Positions 27,445 through 35,796 of a DNA stretch of 37,266 nucleotides are shown here, in pieces (position 1 is the first letter of the stretch; every line of letters starts with the position of its first letter). A model generated the notes under the pieces. That model was given only the letters and a program-made list of their open reading frames with translations, had not been told where the DNA came from and did no database searches. This stretch comes from a virus (lineage: Duplodnaviria; Caudoviricetes), in the IMG/VR virus record IMGVR_UViG_3300025084_003228, positions 1 to 37,266 of that record. One strand, 5' to 3'. The translations under genes and the position numbers were made by a program.

Positions 27445-29486
27445 GAGCAGTTCTAGTAGGTAATGACTACCTTAAAGATAATAACGGTAATTTTAAACAC
27501 TTAGAAAGTAACACTTCTGTTTTACCTTCATTTGTAAGAGCCGAAGATTACTTTAATAAATCTGTATTTGATCAGTTTCTTTTAGATAATAACATAACAA
27601 GTATTGTCATTATAGATGCTTTAGGTCCTACCTTCGTACAAGATGGGTTAGACAAACAACATGACGGTAATTCTTCTTATCAAAAGATTAGTCATATGTT
27701 ATCTAATGTATATGGTGAAACTCACAATGTTAGTTTTATCACTCAAAATCAAGATGGATCTTTACCATTGATCGATGATGCGGATGATAAACTAATCTTA
27801 AGAATTGCATATGACGACAATGCGTTAGTTGATGAATCGTACTGTAAAGATAATTTTGGGTTTCTAAAATTAATATCTGATAGTAATCCCAACTCATTAC
27901 CTAATGTATTTTTTAATGATGGGAATGAGATTAGTGTAGATACCATAGGTACGACGATAACAGACAATGGTAACCACCCTAACTTTATTATTAAGGAAAG
28001 GTATCCTACGACCAACTATAAAAATTACCCTAAAGTATATAGAATTAATGGTATTGAGGAATTAAACACACTTAAAAACGGATTAAATAGTAATGAATTA
28101 CTTCAGGAATATATTTGTAACACTAACGATTTAATTGACGGTAAATTAAAAACGTACAGACATATTACAATACTATACGGAAGTGACCTGTCAGTTTTAA
28201 ATCCGTTCGACGTATTCTGTCATTCTAATAGGTTACCAATAACAGATGCTGTGGATTACGATGGTACAACAAATGAACTATCTCCATGGGAGAGACCTAA
28301 GTACTTACAAAAAACAGGGTCAACGGCAGTTTCGAAACTTTATACTGGATCTGAAAACGATAATGTTAAAAAAAGTGATGGTTCATTAGTTAAACTAAAA
28401 GATCTTAAAGTAGGTGATAACCTCTCAAGTGTGATATTATCGGGATTAGGACCTGATGACGAATCCCACGCTAATTTTGTTTCGAATATAAATGATTTAA
28501 ATAGTAGTAATGTAATATATTCACCTGTATTTGATGGACCATTTGGAGGTATGTCTTATACTAAAGAAGAAGGTTCTCACCCAACATATAATAATCCAAG
28601 TACATCTAACGAATGGGGTGGTTTTGCAAATACCAATACAGAATTATCAAACATTACGTTTCCTGAAGGTGGTCGAATAACGTTCGACGCTTCTTGTGAG
28701 GGTAGTGCTCAAGTTATGTTTCTATTAGAGAAAGATGTATATGATGCAAACGGTAATGGTGATGAGGATACCGAACCCAAGTATACAACCGATTTAGTTA
28801 CTATCAGTGGTACAGGGACTACGGAGTATTCTCTTGAGATATTTCCAAATAGTGAATATAGTTCTTTTGTAATGAAGGTTATGACTCAAGATTTGGATGT
28901 CAATATATCTAATACCAAGATTATATCTTACGTAAGTGAACTCACCGATACTTCAGTTAGTACTGATAGTATTATTTCCGAAGAGTCGGGATTTTTTGAA
29001 CACATTATAACCTTAAGTGGGGGTAAAACATATACCTTTTTAGGTAGAAGTCAAATCCTATCATCAGGACCAAACGATGAGTTGTATAGATTCATGATTG
29101 CGGATAATTTATTGGTTGGGTGTAAAGTAATAACAAGAGAATTAAGTGGGGGGAACCTTATTCCCGAAACGATAGTTTCTATGGGTTATAGGTACGTCCA
29201 TGAAGTTGCATATAGTATAGATGTCGAAGAGGTAGATTACTATTTCAGAACAGATAGTTCTGAAACCCCTACACAAAGTGTTATTCATCACAATAAAGAA
29301 CAGATTGGGTGTTTGTGTTATTATAAAAACCAAGAATGGACCAATTGTAGTTGCAATAGTGCATGTATTTATGCTATGGGTGAATGTGATGAAGGTGGTG
29401 GATTCATAGATTGTTGTTCTCAACAACCAATGTGTTATGGAGGTGTATATTCAATGGGTGGATGCGGTGATACAGGTAAAGAATAA
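27441..29486 (+). CDS. Fusion of circularly permuted ATP-grasp-like domain, Hint (intein-like) domain with insertion, and Cys-rich C-terminal peptide
   Basis: N-terminal GxD...DxxG...LExNT, then FIIKERYP and LLQEYI. Hint-like 'DGSLVKLKDLKVGD', 'ITLSGG', 'ADNLLVG', 'YSIDVE...YF...IHHN'. Then 63 aa with 10 Cys. Confidence 0.65.
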   Translation: MRAVLVGNDYLKDNNGNFKHLESNTSVLPSFVRAEDYFNKSVFDQFLLDNNITSIVIIDALGPTFVQDGLDKQHDGNSSYQKISHMLSNVYGETHNVSFITQNQDGSLPLIDDADDKLILRIAYDDNALVDESYCKDNFGFLKLISDSNPNSLPNVFFNDGNEISVDTIGTTITDNGNHPNFIIKERYPTTNYKNYPKVYRINGIEELNTLKNGLNSNELLQEYICNTNDLIDGKLKTYRHITILYGSDLSVLNPFDVFCHSNRLPITDAVDYDGTTNELSPWERPKYLQKTGSTAVSKLYTGSENDNVKKSDGSLVKLKDLKVGDNLSSVILSGLGPDDESHANFVSNINDLNSSNVIYSPVFDGPFGGMSYTKEEGSHPTYNNPSTSNEWGGFANTNTELSNITFPEGGRITFDASCEGSAQVMFLLEKDVYDANGNGDEDTEPKYTTDLVTISGTGTTEYSLEIFPNSEYSSFVMKVMTQDLDVNISNTKIISYVSELTDTSVSTDSIISEESGFFEHIITLSGGKTYTFLGRSQILSSGPNDELYRFMIADNLLVGCKVITRELSGGNLIPETIVSMGYRYVHEVAYSIDVEEVDYYFRTDSSETPTQSVIHHNKEQIGCLCYYKNQEWTNCSCNSACIYAMGECDEGGGFIDCCSQQPMCYGGVYSMGGCGDTGKE

Positions 29487-29504
29487 ATTAAAACTTAAAT
29501 TATT

Positions 29505-29648
29505 ATGTCAGAAGTAAATAAAAATACTCTTTATAACGATAAAAATCAGATTAGACCAATTATTGATAAATCCTCTACGGAAGATAAAACAAGTATTGAG
29601 AACCTAACTAACAGTTTTGTTCAACTAATAAAGGACAAACACCTTTAG
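29505..29648 (+). CDS. 47-aa hypothetical protein (not in the ORF track)
   Basis: MSEVNKNTLYNDKNQIRPIIDKSSTEDKTSIENLTNSFVQLIKDKHL fills the gap after the fusion gene and has an A/T-rich start context. Confidence 0.6.
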   Translation: MSEVNKNTLYNDKNQIRPIIDKSSTEDKTSIENLTNSFVQLIKDKHL

Positions 29649-29651
29649 TAT

Positions 29652-29680
29652 TTGATTTATTAAAATATTATTCGTATATT
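29652..29680 (+). promoter_or_regulatory. TTGA-N19-TATATT promoter-like motif
   Basis: ttgatttattaaaatattattcgtatatt upstream of 29687. Confidence 0.6.
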
Positions 29681-29686
29681 ATTTAT

Positions 29687-29944
29687 ATGAGTAATATTGA
29701 AAAAATACATGACCAATTTCCAGAACTTGAAGTTCTTCAGGCCGATGGGTTTGATGATGCAATTATTGGTTTAGAACCACTCAGTGGTAAACTAATCTAT
29801 GACATTTCTAAAATGGTGGAGGTACTTTTAGAGGAAGGTTTATCACATGAAGACGCGATTGAACACTTAGACTTTAATGTACTTAACGCTTATGTGGGTG
29901 AAAATACCCCACTTTATATTCACACTATAGAGGAAAGTTTATGA
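29687..29944 (+). CDS. Hypothetical phage protein (ADGFDDAIIG type)
   Basis: ADGFDDAIIG...YD...EDAIE...FNV...YVGE-x-TP pattern common in phages. Confidence 0.75.
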   Translation: MSNIEKIHDQFPELEVLQADGFDDAIIGLEPLSGKLIYDISKMVEVLLEEGLSHEDAIEHLDFNVLNAYVGENTPLYIHTIEESL

Positions 29945-30141
29945 GTCTAAGTAAAACATATAAAAAGGCATTGAAGGTTATTGATAGTTGTCACACTAAG
30001 GAACAAATCAAAGGAGCCGCAAATTATGTAAATCTTTTTCTTAGTCACTTTACCAAAATGGGTGAGGACTCCGAACTAATAAAAATATACTATACAGAGT
30101 TAAATGGGTCTATTCAAAATAAGTTGAATGAGGGTTTCTAA
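29941..30141 (+). CDS. Small hypothetical protein
   Basis: 66 aa, KVIDSC...Q motif; overlaps both neighbours. Confidence 0.65.
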   Translation: MSLSKTYKKALKVIDSCHTKEQIKGAANYVNLFLSHFTKMGEDSELIKIYYTELNGSIQNKLNEGF

Positions 30142-30670
30142 GACCAAAATAAAAGATTGTTATATAATTGAGTACGATAAGTATTTCGATGAAAGAGGAC
30201 ACTTCTCTGTACCTTTTAATGTGGATGATTTTAACAACCAAACAGGGTTAGACTTTCAAATAGTCCAAGAAAACGAGTCCTTCTCAAAAAGAAACACTAT
30301 AAGGGGTCTACATTTCCAAAAACCCCCATTTGAACAATCTAAATTAGTAAGATGTATCCATGGTAAAGTCACAGATGTAATTGTGGATATTAGAAAAACA
30401 TCTGACACTTATGGTGAGGTGGTTACAGTTGAGTTGGACGAACACGATGTTAAATCTGTATTTGTACCTAAAGGATGTGCACATGGATTCTCAACACAAT
30501 CATCGGCGGTATTCCAATACAAAGTTGATAATCAATACAATAAGGAGAGTGAGTGTGGTATAATTTATAACGATCCTGATCTTAAAATAGAATGGAACGT
30601 AGATCATAACCCCAAAATAAGTAAAAAGGATTTATTACTTCCCTTTTTAAAAGATTTAGATATTTATTAG
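30128..30670 (+). CDS. rmlC: dTDP-4-dehydrorhamnose 3,5-epimerase
   Basis: DERGHF, QENESFS, TIRGLHFQ, QSKLVRC, DVIVDIR, VPKGCAHGF, YKVDN, DPDLKIEW. Confidence 0.93.
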   Translation: MRVSKTKIKDCYIIEYDKYFDERGHFSVPFNVDDFNNQTGLDFQIVQENESFSKRNTIRGLHFQKPPFEQSKLVRCIHGKVTDVIVDIRKTSDTYGEVVTVELDEHDVKSVFVPKGCAHGFSTQSSAVFQYKVDNQYNKESECGIIYNDPDLKIEWNVDHNPKISKKDLLLPFLKDLDIY

Positions 30671-30682
30671 TAAACTATTATT

Positions 30683-30952
30683 ATGTCAAAAGTCATTAAA
30701 TTAAAACAAGAGGATCTTGAGAAGTTAGTTCAAGACGTAATTAACGAACAAGAAGAGTGGAAGGGTTCCACAGATCCTGAGATAATGCAAATGGGTCAAG
30801 AAGGTCCTGAGGAAATGGGTGACGAACCTGAGAGTATGGAAAGTGACGAAGATGGTGTCCCACTTAGATTGGGTAAGGATGATAAAGGTAATTATTTTGT
30901 CTTTAAAGACGACGGATCGGAATCACCAACAGTATTCAAAATAAATAAGTAA
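30683..30952 (+). CDS. Acidic small protein, putative internal head protein
   Basis: N-terminal KVIKLKQEDLEKLVQDVINEQ; upstream TATTTAT. Confidence 0.55.
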   Translation: MSKVIKLKQEDLEKLVQDVINEQEEWKGSTDPEIMQMGQEGPEEMGDEPESMESDEDGVPLRLGKDDKGNYFVFKDDGSESPTVFKINK

Positions 30953-30955
30953 TAT

Positions 30956-30984
30956 AAACCCCACACAGTGGGGTTTCTTATTTA
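30956..30984 (+). terminator. Rho-independent terminator
   Basis: Perfect aaaccccac-aca-gtggggttt hairpin followed by cttattta. Confidence 0.7.
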
Positions 30985-31004
30985 AAATCAAACTATTTAT
31001 CATT

Positions 31005-31844
31005 ATGAAGTTATCTTCTCTTTATGAGGAACTGAGCAGTAATAAAGTTCAAGCAATATTAAAACGTAATCCTGATTTTTTTAAAAACAGAGTTAGGTTT
31101 GTTTTGGGTGCAAGTAGTGGTGCGTTTGATTTTGAGATACATATAAGTCCTGAAGATATTGGTGACTATGTTGGTGGTGACTACAACATACGTAGTTACA
31201 CAACTAAAGATAATAGAAAAGTTGACATCGGACTTTTTGAGACCATATTAGATGGTGATACTTTCGATATTTATGAAAACTACTATTACGACGGGGATTG
31301 GGAATCAGTTTTGGATTATTATTTAAGTCCCGAAAATGAAGAGACAATTAAAGGTATTATCAATAAACTAATTAAGAGAGAAGGTAAGGAAATAGAGGAC
31401 CATGAGGGAGAGTCTTTACAGGACCTAATTGAACAATACGATACTGAAGACCACATAAAAAATGTTTTAAGGGATAGTTTGGGTAGTGCACAGGCTGACG
31501 ATTATGTTTATTACCTAAAAGAACTACTAAGAGAATGTTTGGTGGAATATGGGAATATTAAAAGTTTTGACTATGAAGGGGTTACACTTAAAATAGAATT
31601 CTCAACAATGATGGATATGTTAGGTCTCGATGTGGATGATGTGGATGTGATAGATAAAATGGACGAAGATTGTGGTTACGACCCTAAATGTTATTTCGAG
31701 GAAATGTTTTATAAAAACACTTACGACTCACCTAAGTTTAGTCCTGATGATAGATATCAAGGTGATGCCAGTAACGAGGTTGTTAACGACATGATTAACG
31801 ATAGATTGGGTGAGGTTGAGTATGATTATAAATTAGAGGGATGA
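31005..31844 (+). CDS. Acidic hypothetical protein
   Basis: 279 aa, D/E/Y-rich, starts MKLSSLYEE. Confidence 0.65.
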   Translation: MKLSSLYEELSSNKVQAILKRNPDFFKNRVRFVLGASSGAFDFEIHISPEDIGDYVGGDYNIRSYTTKDNRKVDIGLFETILDGDTFDIYENYYYDGDWESVLDYYLSPENEETIKGIINKLIKREGKEIEDHEGESLQDLIEQYDTEDHIKNVLRDSLGSAQADDYVYYLKELLRECLVEYGNIKSFDYEGVTLKIEFSTMMDMLGLDVDDVDVIDKMDEDCGYDPKCYFEEMFYKNTYDSPKFSPDDRYQGDASNEVVNDMINDRLGEVEYDYKLEG

Positions 31845-33664
31845 AATTAATAGAAACAATTTACGAACTTATTCTTGAGGCGAGACCAAAAGAAATATAT
31901 AAAAAATACTATTCAGATATAGAATGGAATGTGTTTCTTAACATAATAAGTTTAGATCCCAAAACAAAACTTAAACAAATACCAGAAGACTACGAAATAC
32001 TAAAGATTGGTAAGTACGCTAAGTTACTTATTAAAATGTTTAAATCGAATAAACTTAAACCAGAGGATTACCCAAAGGCAAAAGAATATCTTACGTTAGT
32101 CTACAAACACCAAGTACCTGTTGATGTGAACAAAGTAAAAGAATTAGGTGACCTATATGCCCTCGTGGAGAAATACTATGTTAAGGATGGGGACCGTAAT
32201 TACTTTGATGTGGTTAATACTTTAACTGATTCTGATCATAAACTATTGATGAGTGGTGAGAAATGGATCATATACACCCCAACAACTGAGAAAGGTGCCG
32301 CTTACTTAGGTCACGGTACACAATGGTGTACTGCTTGGGGACCATATTCGACGAATGACCAATATAAAGGTCGTAGTAACCACTTCTCACAACATAATAA
32401 CAAAGGGAGTCTATATGTTATTGTGAAAAGGGACGAACCAACACAGAAATTCCAATTCCATTTTGAAACTAAACAATTTATGAATCCCGCGGATAGGGGA
32501 ATTTCTACTTCAGATTTCTTTAACAAACATAGGGAAGTTACAAAATACTTCTTCCCATCATTGTTTGATGATACACCAGTCGACAGTACTGAATTGGAGA
32601 GAATGGATTTCTTAGGTTATGTGGACGTGGCCACATTAACTGAAAAAGAGATTGGGGACACCGACAATAAGTTAGTGGAAATACTAATTAATAACAATGG
32701 TGACGAACTTATTGAAAAACTAAATGAGGGGTCATTTATTAACGACGGTAATGTATTAGATGTGTCGTCGGACCAACGAGACAATAATAGAATAGTATTT
32801 ACACTTAGTGTGATAGGTGATGACGTTGAAACGACAAAATATGCGTTAGATGCGTATAAGTCTTCTTCAGGTCATTATGCAGATCATGGGGATTACCTTA
32901 GGAGTGACATAACAGATACTGACGAAGATCAGCAAAAAGAAATTTTAACACCAATACTCGAAGCGTTCTACGATAAAAATTATATCCCTTATGCAAGTAA
33001 TCGTGATGAATTTATTAAGAAAATAAGTTTTACGTACTTTGATGAACTTATTAATGATCTTGCGGATGAATACGCTCATTTAAATGAAGAGGGTGTTAGG
33101 TCTGCAAATGAAGTTAAAGAGAATGAGATAACGAAATATATAGACATTGATGAAGATCGTAATAGTCATGACATATACATACCAGTAATGAGGTTGGCTC
33201 TGTTTATATCCAAAGAAAATATCACACAAATAACCGATAGTGAGAGTTTATTTGATGTATATGTTGATAGTAAAGATCTTAACTATGAGTACGAGAACCC
33301 AATGTGGGAAATTCCATTAGAGCAAGTATCACTTAAAGATATGGAAACCCATATCGAGGGTTACTCATCTAAATTGGAAGAAGAATTTGAATCACATCCC
33401 GAATGTGAAAAATCAAGAAACGAGTTACAAGAAATACTAAATAAGTATTTTACAAAATATGGTGGGTATACTTCAATATACCGTTTTAATAACGAACATG
33501 TACAGGTAACAATACAAGATAAATTCGATTGTGAAAAGAATGGAGTACCTGTAGAGGTTATAATCGAAGAGAAAGGTGAACAAAAAAGAGAACGATACAC
33601 AGGTACTATCTCAATTGAGAAAGTGAAAGAATACATTTCCATGGAACCCCTTATGGAAGAATAA
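31841..33664 (+). CDS. Large hypothetical phage protein (GTxWCT motif)
   Basis: YLGHGTQWCTA, GSLYVI, KFQFHFETKQFM; starts MKLIETIYELILEA. Confidence 0.65.
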   Translation: MKLIETIYELILEARPKEIYKKYYSDIEWNVFLNIISLDPKTKLKQIPEDYEILKIGKYAKLLIKMFKSNKLKPEDYPKAKEYLTLVYKHQVPVDVNKVKELGDLYALVEKYYVKDGDRNYFDVVNTLTDSDHKLLMSGEKWIIYTPTTEKGAAYLGHGTQWCTAWGPYSTNDQYKGRSNHFSQHNNKGSLYVIVKRDEPTQKFQFHFETKQFMNPADRGISTSDFFNKHREVTKYFFPSLFDDTPVDSTELERMDFLGYVDVATLTEKEIGDTDNKLVEILINNNGDELIEKLNEGSFINDGNVLDVSSDQRDNNRIVFTLSVIGDDVETTKYALDAYKSSSGHYADHGDYLRSDITDTDEDQQKEILTPILEAFYDKNYIPYASNRDEFIKKISFTYFDELINDLADEYAHLNEEGVRSANEVKENEITKYIDIDEDRNSHDIYIPVMRLALFISKENITQITDSESLFDVYVDSKDLNYEYENPMWEIPLEQVSLKDMETHIEGYSSKLEEEFESHPECEKSRNELQEILNKYFTKYGGYTSIYRFNNEHVQVTIQDKFDCEKNGVPVEVIIEEKGEQKRERYTGTISIEKVKEYISMEPLMEE

Positions 33665-33697
33665 TTAGTATATTATTAAAATATTTTTAGAATTTAG

Positions 33698-33727
33698 TTG
33701 TATATAACAAAATAATTATTATCTTTG
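33698..33727 (+). promoter_or_regulatory. Bacteroidota primary-sigma promoter (-33/-7)
   Basis: TTG at 33698, 19-nt spacer, TATCTTTG at 33720. Confidence 0.8.
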
Positions 33728-33754
33728 TCAGTATAAAGGTAAAAATTATATATC

Positions 33755-34042
33755 ATGACAATTAAAGAAATTAAATTCGAACCCCATCAAGCGGGTGGAT
33801 TCAAATCCAAAACCAACATTAAAGACAATATAGATATCTCCATTGTATGTGGTCAGTTTTTCTACTGCTCACCGAGAGTTAACCTATCAGACCCACTTGA
33901 ATACGATTCTTACGAGATTGCCATTTTTAAAGATGGTGAGTTCACAAGGGAATTCTATGACGAGTTTCATAGTGATGATGTTGTTGGATATATAAGTGAA
34001 GATGAAATTACAAGTTTAATTAATAAAATAAAAAAATCATGA
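33755..34042 (+). CDS. Hypothetical phage protein
   Basis: ISIVCG...YCSPR...YEIAI...DDVVGY pattern; follows the host-type promoter. Confidence 0.7.
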   Translation: MTIKEIKFEPHQAGGFKSKTNIKDNIDISIVCGQFFYCSPRVNLSDPLEYDSYEIAIFKDGEFTREFYDEFHSDDVVGYISEDEITSLINKIKKS

Positions 34043-34149
34043 TACCAAAATTCGAAGATTTAAATCCAAAACTACAAGGGTTCGTAATTGGTGTGGGAGT
34101 TACACTACTTACGGTTTTTACTACAGGAATATACTTAACAAATTTTTAA
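34039..34149 (+). CDS. 36-aa single-TM peptide (not in the ORF track)
   Basis: MIPKFEDLNPKLQGFVIGVGVTLLTVFTTGIYLTNF; ATGA overlap upstream, ends 1 nt before the next ATG. Confidence 0.6.
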   Translation: MIPKFEDLNPKLQGFVIGVGVTLLTVFTTGIYLTNF

Positions 34150-34150
34150 A

Positions 34151-34636
34151 ATGACATTATTTAATAACCTTAGATACAAAATATTCTGTGATATGGATGG
34201 AGTCCTTGTTGATTTCGAGAAGGGTTACTTTGAACTCACAGGTTTAGATATATCGGGTCAGTGGCACACTACACCTGAATTTTGGAACCCCATAAATGAA
34301 AAGGGTCAAGAGTTTTGGTACCATTTAGAGTGGATGAAGGACGGTAAAAAGTTATGGTCGTATATAGAAGAATACTATCCCGTACTATTGTCCTCCCCAT
34401 CTCGTAACGGATACGGATCGAGAAAAGGTAAGAACTCTTGGGTTAATAGAGAGCTACCGGGGGTACCACTTCTATTAGAATACTCAAACAATAAAAAGAA
34501 ATATGCGGGTGAAGATTGTATACTGATTGATGATAGAGAATCAAACATAGAACAATGGATATCTAACGGTGGTATAGGTATCTTACACAAAGACTTTAGT
34601 ACCACCGTAGTTGAACTACAAAAATTAGGATTATGA
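34151..34636 (+). CDS. HAD-superfamily 5'(3')-deoxyribonucleotidase-like protein
   Basis: FCDMDGVLVDF, LSSP, GK-x2-W, ILIDDR-x2-NI-x2-W-x3-GG-x-GI. Confidence 0.85.
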   Translation: MTLFNNLRYKIFCDMDGVLVDFEKGYFELTGLDISGQWHTTPEFWNPINEKGQEFWYHLEWMKDGKKLWSYIEEYYPVLLSSPSRNGYGSRKGKNSWVNRELPGVPLLLEYSNNKKKYAGEDCILIDDRESNIEQWISNGGIGILHKDFSTTVVELQKLGL

Positions 34637-35094
34637 TGAATAACACAAATAGTTTTCAGACAAATACAAATGGGTCGTCAATAGACAAACCATCACAGTG
34701 GATAAGAATGCATTGGTTTGTATTAGCCATAGGTGTAACATATTTCTCACCAGAATTTGGTTTAATTCCTTTAGTTGTGTGGTTATATTATGCTATTGAT
34801 TTATACTTTTGGTCATGGACCTATACCTCAGACTCTATTATTGAGAAAAGGGGAATACTGAATGTGAATACGGAAGAGATACAATACTTTAGAATAAAAG
34901 ATGTACAACTGTACCAGCCATTCCTTTATAGATTAGTTGGTTTATCTAAGATCATTTTAATCACCTCAGATGCAACAAAACCCACAATAGTACTTGATGG
35001 TATTATGGATGGAGAAGGTAAACGAGAGATGTTTAAAACGTTCGCCCTGAAGTCAAGAAGGTCTGAAGGTATACGTGAATTTGATATTAGATAA
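34633..35094 (+). CDS. Membrane protein with bacterial PH domain (bPH_2/DUF304-like)
   Basis: Two TM segments then 'EKRGIL...EEIQYFRIKDV...QPFLYRLVGLSKI...TSDAT-x-P'. Confidence 0.8.
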   Translation: MMNNTNSFQTNTNGSSIDKPSQWIRMHWFVLAIGVTYFSPEFGLIPLVVWLYYAIDLYFWSWTYTSDSIIEKRGILNVNTEEIQYFRIKDVQLYQPFLYRLVGLSKIILITSDATKPTIVLDGIMDGEGKREMFKTFALKSRRSEGIREFDIR

Positions 35095-35109
35095 AAATTT
35101 ATGTATATT
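35081..35109 (+). promoter_or_regulatory. TTGA-N19-TATATT promoter-like motif
   Basis: ttgatattagataaaaatttatgtatatt upstream of 35114. Confidence 0.55.
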
Positions 35110-35113
35110 TATT

Positions 35114-35317
35114 ATGAAACAGGTATTAACCATGATTTATTTAAGTTCGGTTGACTCGTACTATGATCAACAAACAGGTCTTGTTTATGTATGTAAATCA
35201 AAATCATGTAGGGACACTAATGAAGGTTTAATATTAAAAGATATGAAGGAACAATGGTGGGATAGTCTCACACCTTCAGATCTGTCGAGGATTCACTTAG
35301 ATGGGGGTTTATACTAA
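35114..35317 (+). CDS. Small hypothetical protein
   Basis: ATG 35114 (MKQVLTM) downstream of a TTGA-N19-TATATT motif. Confidence 0.55.
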   Translation: MKQVLTMIYLSSVDSYYDQQTGLVYVCKSKSCRDTNEGLILKDMKEQWWDSLTPSDLSRIHLDGGLY

Positions 35318-35328
35318 ATTAAATAAGA

Positions 35329-35424
35329 ATGTTTGAATATCTCTTTAATTTATTATTAGGTGGGAGTTTTTTCCTGATCGTTATATTCTTAATTAAGAGT
35401 ATTAAGGGTGGTAAAAACAAATAA
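35329..35424 (+). CDS. 31-aa single-TM peptide (not in the ORF track)
   Basis: MFEYLFNLLLGGSFFLIVIFLIKSIKGGKNK: hydrophobic helix with a basic tail. Confidence 0.5.
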   Translation: MFEYLFNLLLGGSFFLIVIFLIKSIKGGKNK

Positions 35425-35458
35425 CTACTAGTATTTTTTAAAATTTATTAGTATTTTG

Positions 35459-35488
35459 TTGGTATATTCAAAAATATTCTTATCTTTG
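35459..35488 (+). promoter_or_regulatory. Bacteroidota primary-sigma promoter (-33/-7)
   Basis: TTG at 35459, 19-nt spacer, TATCTTTG at 35481. Confidence 0.8.
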
Positions 35489-35511
35489 TATAAGAATAAA
35501 AATAAAATATT

Positions 35512-35796
35512 ATGAAAAAGTTAATTTTAATGATCGTCTTAGGGGTATCTTTTACCTCTTGTGTTGAAACTCAAAATCTACCACACTGTCAAACTGTTGA
35601 GGTGGAGTATTCGGAAGACCCCAATAAAGAATTGTTTGAGATATGGGAAAAAGAAAAGTCTGAGGGTGTACTATACCACAAATTTAAAGGTAAGTTTTAC
35701 ACAAAAACTCAAATGGATTCAATACATCAAGCAATAAATGATCTAATTACAAAACAAATGATTGAAGAGTTAGATTCTACTGGTTCTTTGCAGTAA
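35512..35796 (+). CDS. Predicted lipoprotein
   Basis: MKKLILMIVLGVSFTS-C lipobox-type signal. Confidence 0.75.
   Translation: MKKLILMIVLGVSFTSCVETQNLPHCQTVEVEYSEDPNKELFEIWEKEKSEGVLYHKFKGKFYTKTQMDSIHQAINDLITKQMIEELDSTGSLQ

Noticed and set aside
28344-29294. Canonical splicing intein or homing element
   Set aside because: No N-terminal Cys, no TxxH, the +1 residue is Lys, and there is no endonuclease motif.
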